Positions 6,801 to 15,400 of a DNA stretch of 19,509 nucleotides are shown here, in pieces; position 1 is the stretch's first letter, and every line of letters begins with the position of its first letter. The stretch is from Candidatus Poribacteria bacterium. Lineage in GTDB: Bacteria > Poribacteria > WGA-4E > UBA9662. The stretch spans positions 1 to 19,509 of the forward strand of contig JAYZAL010000058.1 of assembly GCA_036339735.1 (NCBI GenBank), read 5' to 3'. Made by a program: the position numbers and the translations under genes. The notes under the pieces are model-generated. The model worked only from the letters and a program-made list of their open reading frames with translations. It made no database searches and was not told where the DNA came from.

Positions 6801-9426
6801 TGGGGAGATCGCCCAACTACGGGTAAAGGCACCTTTCGCTGGCAAACTATTAATAACGTTAGAACAGGACAAAATCTTGGAATGGCAGACTCTGACAATG
6901 AAAGAAAACAGCGCTACGATTGATATTCCGGTTAACTCGCTCTTTTCTCCCAATGCTTACGTCTCGGCTATCTTAGTTCGATCATTGAAATCATTGGAGC
7001 AACATGCACCAGCTCGAGCATTTGGAGTCATACCAATCAGAATCAACACTGAGGCTAAGCAATTAAAGGTTAGCCTAACAGCGCCGACAGAGATTCAGCC
7101 TAATCAGTCTTTGGTGGTAGAAGTTCAGATTAATCAGGTTATGGCTCAACCTAGTCAGTGTCAATTAACCATAGCTGCAGTGGATGAAGGTATTTTGCAA
7201 CTAACTAATTTTCAAACTCCAGATCCTCACCGCTACTTCTTTCGCCAACGAGGATTAGGTGTTACGTCTCATGATCTTTACGCGGGTATTTTGCCAGAGG
7301 TAGAATCCGCCAAAGGTACGATTAGTACTGGTGGGGATGGGATTGAAGGCCAACGAAAAAAACGATTAAGTACTATCAGCGTACAAAGGGTGAAACCTAT
7401 CTCACTTTGGTCAGGTTTGATTACTCCTAATACTAACGGTGGTGGAAGCGTCACTTTTAAGATTCCTCAATTCAACGGCAAACTACGCTTGATGGCAGTT
7501 GCCATGCAGGGCGAACAGTTTGGTTCTTCATCGACCTTTGTCACAGTTCGTGATCCAATCGTCCTAACCCCAACTTATCCTCGTTTTTTGGCTGGTGGTG
7601 ATATTGCTAAAATTCCTGTCCGAGTTTTTAATGGTACCGGGCTCGAAACAGAAATCACTGTTCACCTATCAGGCAACAATTTGGTTACCATTTTAGATGA
7701 GAGGAAAAAAACTCTAATCATCGCAAACAATCAAGAAAAACAGGTTGAATTTTCAGTTCAAACTGAAAAAGCAGTCGGAACCGTTGCTTTCAAATTGACG
7801 GCTGAAGGTAATAATGAGAAAACTGAGATAACAACTGAACTTCCCTTACGCCCCTCGGCCCCTCTAGTTACTCGTACAGGCATGGCTGAAGTAGTAGCCA
7901 ATCAACCCGTTATTATCAAACTACCAGATGACCTTTTAACTGATACCAGTTTATTCACACTGAAATTATCTCCAAATCCGATGTTGAGAATGCTAGGGAG
8001 TCTATCTTATCTCTTAAGCTACCCACACGGATGTGTTGAACAAACGACTTCTCGCCTTTTTCCCATGCTCTATTTTTCTGATTTGGCTAAAATGCTGCTT
8101 ATCGGCAATGATCAACAGGATCATAAAAATGAAAAAAGGGATGATTTCTTAACTCAGGGAATTGCCAAATTAGAAAGTATGATGATGCCCAATGGTTATT
8201 TCTCTTATTGGCCAGGTGGCTCTTACAGTAATCACTGGAGTAGCATTTATGCTTCTCATTTTTTGGTTGAAGCTAGAAAAGCTGGTTATCAAGTTTCTGA
8301 TCGAGTCTATGATTCAATGTTAACAGGATTAAGACGAGAAACTCGTCAGGATAGTAATCATGATGCTAATTTTGAACGGATCGCTTATGCCTGTTACGTA
8401 TTGGCAATTGCTGGTCAGCCAGAACTCAGTACCATGAACTACCTCAAAAGCCGTAATTTGACAGGGGCACCTCTTTATCAACTAGCTGGTGCTTTAGGTC
8501 AAGTCGGTCAATCAACTAGGGCATTAGCTATTCTACCTGACCAAGCACCAATCCTCAAAGGCCAGAGAGAAACAGGAGGCAATTTCAAGTCGCCAATTCG
8601 TTCTCAAGCTATTATGCTAGATATCTTATTAGAGCTTAGTCCAACTCATACCTCAGTACCAACTTTGGTTGACAATTTGATGAAAAAGTTGTCTGAAAAT
8701 AATCGCTGGGGCACCACCCAAGAAAATGCTTTTGCTTTTTTAGCTTTGGGGAAATTTTCAAATCAACAGGCTCGTTTAGCTTACAAAGGCACAGTTCAAG
8801 TTGATAATCAAGATTATGCGACTTTTTCTAATCAAGATCGGTTTTTCAGCGAAAAAGACTGGTCTGGTGTAGAACTGGAGATAAAGATCGAAGGAGAAGG
8901 AAAAGGTTACCTAAGTTGGACAGCAGAGGGAGTACCAATCAGTAACAAAATTGATCACTTTGACAAAGAATTAGAAGTTCGCCGCCGATTTTTGACTGAA
9001 TCTGGAACACCCTTCTCCGATAATCGCTTTCCTCACGGCTCACTAGTAGTAGCTGAAATCACGGTCAAGGCTCTAAATCAGGATCTAGATAACGTAGTTG
9101 TCACAGATGCACTGCCAGCCGGTTTCGAGATTGAGAATCCACGCCTCGAGTCTAGAGTAGGGATCTCTTGGCTTCAAGACCAGAATTTCAAGCCCAGTTA
9201 CATCGATATTCGGGACGACCGACTAATTTTCTTTGGTCGATTTGAAAAGAAGAAGGAAACTAAATTTTTCTACGCCTTACGAGCCATAACCAAAGGTAAA
9301 TTCGTTTTGCCACCGATTGCTGCCGAAGCAATGTACGATCCTTTTTCTGCTTCCGTCTCAAGTAGCGGATCCATTGAGGTGACAAGTACAGATGAAAACT
9401 CATCACCAACAAAATTAGTAGATTAG
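3886..9426 (+). CDS. Bacterial alpha-2-macroglobulin (YfhM-like, thioester-containing)
   Basis: 1846 aa. Motifs: VVTDLG, DRGIYRPGE (MG2), EEFMPDR, IAAVDEGIL.LT.F.TPDP, bait-region GGDG, IPQFNGKLRLMAVA, PRFLAGGD, thioester YPHGCVEQTTS (C1383, nt 8032-8043), WGTTQENA, DALPAGFEIEN, DIRDDR and AEAMYDP. N-terminal hydrophobic anchor. Confidence 0.96.
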   Translation: MIMDNRKILWLVISVMGLVILVSGIYIADLQQQLTELRQSTPETVIISDQPVEVDPQKTNIQVNNFHPQGVVPQDASFTITFSGPVVDQTLIGQDLADLPLRLNPKIPGKVRWIETNQLKFFTEKTLPPSTSFQVEVLPTILDNKLFNLIGNRVFTFQTEQIKVESADLQFAYQSKKGVRAKLVGKVKFNYPVSTGSFLQATTIERNQEKIDYSLVHSTNTNNDNNQVFDFETIELERGNTDQPIVLKIAKGLKPVDGHQGLVTEYTVGLALRQLGQLVVESAFPSQDNMGQYLQVEFNTDVTAESLKSFIQISSAEDQPIPNQKLRISPKYRRTIQIQCDQFKPGNSYQLKILRGLIANDESELKKTFQKTIKFANLNPSLRFLGDGMYLSRTGNMNVGLATINVSKVQLEIYKVFRNNINHLARSNWSQWMTSSLGQLLSSQELPINSVKNDQVVTPISLADYIDAERKGIFLVKARKSDQRWLDATRWVVVTDLGIIAKSSTEELRVWVNSLETLEPQANVTVKLVSKNNQTLLTGKTNGKGYTSFTDLEQKTKDFYPFFLIAQKGDLNNGQDFSFLQLDKTRVSLTDFNVRGDPYTTDAYDAFLYFDRGIYRPGEKANLVVLVRDEKNLTPAPFPVLLQILGPDQRIFRELRAELNTKGNSEFEIPFPKYAKTGAYTARLIVATKEVGRQIFRLEEFMPDRIKVELRTLQSSYQLGQELTVELRGVNLFGPPAAGMSASAVCDLESSKFRPNDYASFSFYDQDRLFKRQQINLGELVLDANGKGQFTLSLPPSVPAPSALKGIITGTVSEPGGRAVSAYKRIDIHPYSHYVGLKTDFEGYAQIGQPADILLVSVNQAGEVVTERKLEIQVFKLQWNSILKQDKKGLYRYQSEKQPNLLRTDTLTSTQLVSRYTFIPDEYGEYQVTVREIESGSRSSITFYTSGWGYSPWAMENPDRLDLLLDRESYRSGEIAQLRVKAPFAGKLLITLEQDKILEWQTLTMKENSATIDIPVNSLFSPNAYVSAILVRSLKSLEQHAPARAFGVIPIRINTEAKQLKVSLTAPTEIQPNQSLVVEVQINQVMAQPSQCQLTIAAVDEGILQLTNFQTPDPHRYFFRQRGLGVTSHDLYAGILPEVESAKGTISTGGDGIEGQRKKRLSTISVQRVKPISLWSGLITPNTNGGGSVTFKIPQFNGKLRLMAVAMQGEQFGSSSTFVTVRDPIVLTPTYPRFLAGGDIAKIPVRVFNGTGLETEITVHLSGNNLVTILDERKKTLIIANNQEKQVEFSVQTEKAVGTVAFKLTAEGNNEKTEITTELPLRPSAPLVTRTGMAEVVANQPVIIKLPDDLLTDTSLFTLKLSPNPMLRMLGSLSYLLSYPHGCVEQTTSRLFPMLYFSDLAKMLLIGNDQQDHKNEKRDDFLTQGIAKLESMMMPNGYFSYWPGGSYSNHWSSIYASHFLVEARKAGYQVSDRVYDSMLTGLRRETRQDSNHDANFERIAYACYVLAIAGQPELSTMNYLKSRNLTGAPLYQLAGALGQVGQSTRALAILPDQAPILKGQRETGGNFKSPIRSQAIMLDILLELSPTHTSVPTLVDNLMKKLSENNRWGTTQENAFAFLALGKFSNQQARLAYKGTVQVDNQDYATFSNQDRFFSEKDWSGVELEIKIEGEGKGYLSWTAEGVPISNKIDHFDKELEVRRRFLTESGTPFSDNRFPHGSLVVAEITVKALNQDLDNVVVTDALPAGFEIENPRLESRVGISWLQDQNFKPSYIDIRDDRLIFFGRFEKKKETKFFYALRAITKGKFVLPPIAAEAMYDPFSASVSSSGSIEVTSTDENSSPTKLVD

Positions 9427-9438
9427 TTTTGGCCACTC

Positions 9439-12400
9439 TTACTTTAGAAGTAGCATCTTTCTTGTCTTTCTCCAAGTAGAACTAGAGCTCGATTCAGCCT
9501 GAATTTGGTAGTAATAAATGCCTGATGCTACCGACTCACCCAATTCGTTCTTTCCATCCCAATAGATAGCTCGATCTCGACTAGCATAGGTGCCTGCCGG
9601 TTGATGCCCAATTTGTAATTGACGAACTAACTGTCCCTTACTATCGTAAATGGAAAGGGTTACATTCGCTGGCTCTGTCAATTGGTAAGGTAGCCAAGTT
9701 TCAGGATTGAACGGGTTGGGGTAATTCTGTTCTAACGTGTACTGATGCGGCGGATTCTCTTCTTGTATTTGCAGTTGAATACGGCTATCAATTTCTACAG
9801 GTACTAGTTGACCATCACTATTGACTATCCGCAAATTCTGCAAGCTCAAACTCTCTAATGCTTGTTTAGTTTCTGTCTTTAAACGCAAACTTATGGTGGC
9901 TAGTACTGTTCCTGTTCTTTCAGAGCGATCATCTAGCTGGGAATTTTGAATTCTAACGGCTGCAATGTTTTGCACTAGACCTAAGCCAAATTTTGGCTGA
10001 ACAGGATAGTAAACAGGACGCAAGCTGTCAGAACTAGTAGAAATCTTTCCTTTACTACTAACATCAATTATGCCGAGTTGGTAGGGATCGTAAGCCAAAT
10101 CTAATTGGTAACCCTTCAGTGAGGACTCAGGCATATCCGCTTGAACTGTTATTTGGCAGATATTTTGATCGAGGCCTTGATTCTCAGTTTTAGTTACCTC
10201 AGCGGATAAGTGGAGGCGAATTGGCTGCTGGAATGAGGCTATAGTTGGAGCAGTTGCTACGGTTGAATAGACTTCACCAAAGTGCTTGACAACTAGGACC
10301 AAGTCAAAAATGTCGACTTGGCCATCGCCATTAACATCACCAGAAATATCATCACCCGTTTGAGCAAAATATTTAACTACCAGGACCAAGTCAAAAATGT
10401 CGACTTGGCCATCGCTATTAACGTCCCACGGCTCTGTCAGTGGCTTAGCCAATCCGTAAATACCATACCTATTAGCAGGGAAGGTAATTAAGCCTGATTC
10501 TACTTGAATATTGGGATCGTCAATGTCGGTAGTACTAGCAACTTTGACCCATTCACCATCCGATTGACCAGCTTGAATTTGAGTCAAATCTAAATTTAAC
10601 CTGTAGACGTCTACCTGACGGCTATTGGTCGGATAAGATAATGAGACTTGAACAGATTGGTTAAAGTTATCATTGAATGCTTGCCCCGATTGGGTAGCAG
10701 CACTAAAAACAATGGCTTGATCAGATAAAGCTCCGGTCAGAGGTGGAAGGCCACCCAAGCTTAAATCTTCAATAGTAATAGCATTGAAAAGTGTCAAGTC
10801 AGATGCAATCGCTTGGGAACCAGCTCTTAATCGAGTCCCATCAGCTAAAATGGCAGTACCACCTTTGTTAACTGAAATGATAGTTACATTTCGATTGATC
10901 GAAACCTTAACACCTTCCAGTCCTGCTGGACTAACTGAAGTCAGTGCATAATAGTAAGTTACTTCAGGATCGACATTAGTATCAACAAAAGTTGTCTCTG
11001 TAGTGGTTGTTAATAAACTCACATCATCACGGTTCAGTTCAGTTGCCAGAATTGGTTTTTCTGAACGATATAGATTATAACTACCAGCATCAGGATCTGC
11101 CTGCCAATCAAGCTTAACCTCAGTTCCTGAGAACGTTAGCTTAGCTTGTAGATTGGTTGGAGTTGTTTCTGGCGGCAAGCGATCTACAATGATAGTTCTT
11201 TTTACAATTGAACTAGCATTTCCAGCAGTGTCAATAGCTGTCAACACGAGCTGGTTCTCACCATCGACTAACTCTACTTCAACTGATTTGATCAAGTCGC
11301 CCATTTTACTAGTATCGCCTTCGGCTGGGTCGATAGCAATCGGTTTATTATTAACAATCAAAGTGATGAAATCGGCAGTATCCAAGCTATTATCTTGATA
11401 CTTGACTTTAACCGTAAAGGCCAAGTCTTTACTGTAGTTTGGCAGATCAATAAAATCAACTGTCGGTGGTTCTAAATCTAACACATAGGTTTTAGGTGCA
11501 GATAATGGACTTTGTAATTTGGATTCGCTACGTGTAAAGGCTGAGACAGTATTTTCGCCATTTTCTAAGATAATACGGTCAATGGTAAAAGTACCATCTG
11601 ATTTTGCTTCAACTATACCCATAGTGTTGCCATTAACAAAGACTTCGACCATCAGACTTCTTTTCTTACTTAAGGGTACTTGGCCCGTCAATGGAATTTC
11701 AGGTGAATTGGTATAGATTTTTCCATCTTTTTCATTAATTACTACTTCGTAAGCCGCCTCTTCAAACGTCGAATCTTCCGCAACTAAAGTCCCATCTTCA
11801 GCCATTACTATCTGCCTGTTACGTGAGCCTCGGCGAGAACGGCTACGACCTCTTCGACTTTTTCTAGCCGGTGGCTTAGTTTCTTCGTCCAGAGCTGGAT
11901 TTTTGAAACCAATATTGATTTCCTGAGAGCTAACTTCAAATCGGTTGGTTACAATTGTCTCATTTTCCGAAGCATCTTCTCGTTCCTTAACAACAAAGAG
12001 GCGCGTACTATACCTTCCACCAGCAATCTTGGTATCCTTGTTAATCGTCAATTGAGCTGTATAACGGTTAGCAATGGCAGGAACTGTAAAAGGTCGTGGA
12101 TCAGTTTCAAGGAAAGCCAATGGTACTAATTTCATAATATCGACATTAATATCGCTAGGTAGATGTTCCGAAAGACTAGCTAGAACTGTCCAGATTGGTC
12201 CCAAATCTTTCTCAGGATCAAGTGTTACCCATTCAGGTAATAGACCATCAGCTTTCAGATCTTCGATTGGTTGTTTGTAATCAGTACTTGGGTCTGCTGA
12301 TAGCAGTTTAGAGTCCAAGGTAGACAGATCTAAAAACGCGGCTACTATCTTGGGGTCGGTATTAAACTCAAAATTGAAGACTTCACCAGCAACAACGGTA

Positions 12401-15400
12401 GTCGGTTCTACCCCAATATCGTTGATAAAGAAGTCCGTATACATTTGTAGAGTTAAAGCATCAGGCGGTGCTGGTGGTGCTACCTGAGGCAAGAAATCTG
12501 GCGAATCAGGTGAACTCAATGAGACTTCAAATGAGAAATCAAACAAGCCGAAGTTCCCACTTATATCAGGAACGGTAATGCCAACTGAGTTCAGACCAAC
12601 AGCTAATTCCATTGGTCGGTTCAATGCCCCTAATTCCAATGGATCTTCTAAACCACCTAACTCCAATGGATCTTCCAAACCTCCTAACTCCAATGGATCT
12701 TCCAAACCTCCTAATTCTAGTTGTGAACGATTAAACCTAATAAACAAGGTGACTTCACCTGTTTCTCTGTTTAACCGATGTTGGCTGCCAGGTTTAAATA
12801 GATCATTATATGTAACTCCATTGATCTCAACACTCATCTCATCGAAATCGACACCTTTATCACCATCCAATATCTGAAATTGAAGTGCATTAAAGTTTTT
12901 GATCGGGATTTCAGGTTGACCTGGCGGTGGAAACTGTTGTACGAAGGTTGGTGGCGTTTCGTCAACAGTACCTAAGTCGATAGTGAAATTGGTTTCTTTT
13001 TCAACTGTATTACCTGCTATATCAATAGCTGTGATCGTAGCGGTGTAGTTACCGTCAACCAATGGTTTTTCACTCTTGATTCGGATCGCCCCCTTGATTA
13101 GGTTAACTTCAGCCTCTGCTGATATTTCATTACCATCTTTTACCAACTTACCAGTCAGTTGATCTAAATCGGTCGCTTTAACAATAGCAGTAACTTCTAA
13201 TTGATCGTTAGATAGCTTCTGGCCGTCAGTGGGTAACAGTTCTACGAAATTGGGCGGAGTAAGATCAATGAAGAATTTACCCGAGTTGAACGTCAGTGGA
13301 TTACCAGCAAAGTCAGTGGCTGTGATACGGAAGAAATGCTCACCTTCAGCAAGCTTAATAGTTGGTGTATAAGAGACGGTTCGGCTCTCTTCGTCGTATA
13401 TGAAATCGAAAACATCGACATTTCCGTCTAGTACAAAGAAAATACTATCTTTATCTAGTCCACTACCACTAGGATTATCGGCAACTTTGACTGACATAGT
13501 AACCGTTTGAGATTTATTTCGACTATCGGGAGCTGGCTGAGGATCGAAAGCGCTAGGTGGTCGGCTATCAACTAATATTTCTAGTTCAGGACTAGGAGGG
13601 CTAGTATTGTTAGCCTGATCGATAGCGGTAACAAGAACAACATTTGCTCCTTCAATCAAACTCAAATCAGGCAAAGTGAATTGACCGATGGTTGAGGATT
13701 TCGTTGTACCTGAGGGTTTACCATTTATGGTTAGGTTGATCCGCGATTCTGGGTCAGCCACTCCTTGAAGAGAGACTTTATTATTTTTAGTGAGATAAGA
13801 CTGAGAGTTTATGTCAGCCTCAGGCCCAGCCATAGTTAAAGTTGGCATCTGACTAGTGGTGTCAACGAAGAAGGTTGCATTTACCGTCTGCTTATTACCA
13901 ACCGTATCACGGGCATAAATAGTCAGTGTGTGTTCACCTTCTGATAGGTTGTTGGGTTGATAGGCAATTTCACCAATCTCTTCATCCTGATCTCTAGTTT
14001 GAATACTGACAATATTACCGTCTAAGCGAATTTGAATCTCTTCCACCCCACTTTCAACATCATAGGCCGCTCCACGTAAGGTAAGTTCACTAATTGATGC
14101 CGAGTTTACTAACGCACCTTTCTCTGGCGACAAACCAGTGATGATTGGTGGATTTGTATCCTCAATTCCAGCATCAATAATAAATTCGGTCTCGATGTTA
14201 ATAGAGTTCCCTAGTAGATCTGAAACTTCAATCCTAATCTGCTGCTCACCATCTTCTAAAGCCGCTGAAATTGGGTAAAGCAGTTGGCCCGAAATCGGAT
14301 CATATTTGGCGCCTCTGACATCGGTCAAGAGTTGATCGTTCAAGAGAACTTTCAGCGTGGTAGAATCAACACCACTAACTTTATTAGCCACTACTGTTGA
14401 ATCTTTAACAATGGCTCGGATTTCGGCTGCTTTTCGTAAGGTTGTACCGCTAGCTGGTTCTAAAGACTGAATCAATGGTGGTTGGGTATCGAGGATGAAG
14501 GTGCCTTGATTTAAAGGACTACTTTTACGTCCTAGTACATCCTCGGTAATCAGTAAAATTTCGTTCATTCCTTCGGCTAAAGGAACACTAACTGAGAAAT
14601 TTCCGCTACCTTCGTCAATCTTAGAACGTGCAACTGAGTTGCCATTGACGAAGATTTCGACATTTCCACCACCAGGCATGTTTTCGATTGGCACACTACC
14701 ACTAATTGTGGTGAACGGTTCAGACGAAAAAACGGGTTCAGTCAAAATCCGAAACCTATCCGATTGTCCCGGGTTTGGAGCAGAAGTAGCAACTTCACCA
14801 AGAACCCTGAAAAGTTGGTCAGCACTTTGTGAGTTACCATTTATATCGGATGTAGAAACACTGATTTGGTAATTACCAGGCTTGTCGGTCAAAGCTAGTG
14901 CAGGGATTACAATAACTGATACACTTTTCTTATTTGTACTACTAATTTGTGGCGCATCTATTGAAACTGTAACTCCATCAGAGTCAGTTAAGACAACCTC
15001 CACTGACTCTGGCTTGGATAAGTCGAATCCTGCCAAATCGTCAGTTATGTCGAATCTCAGTTGAGGGCGAGCATCAGCGGTGATTTTATCGATAACAAAG
15101 CTAATCTGAGGGGGGGTTATATCTGCTGCAGCCTCATTAATCTTGAACTGATAGGTCGCAGTTCCTACTTGACCTGCTTGATCTGTCGCGATGACTGAGA
15201 CAGAATAATTAAGACCATCGATCAGTTCTCGCAGTGGCGTAATTGTGTCAGAATATCTGACGATTTCTGAAGAAATGGAACGAGTATTTCCCCCAGATAG
15301 GGCAACTTCTACCGAACCTTCCAGCAATTTAAATTCGATGATCTCTAGTCCGCCAGCATCTGATACTTCTATTGGAATCGACGGCAACTTGTTACCTGTT

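Noticed and set aside
9260..9475. 71-aa basic minus-strand ORF spanning the convergent junction
   Set aside because: Overlaps both long genes, with no SD or domain support.
10295..10415. 34-bp direct repeats as a mini-CRISPR array or DGR template/variable repeat pair
   Set aside because: Only two copies, lying in frame as the two halves of a dockerin. No cas or reverse transcriptase gene in the window, and no adenine-specific mismatch pattern.
12629..12720. 27-bp repeats as a CRISPR array
   Set aside because: Head-to-tail units without spacers, in frame within a CDS.
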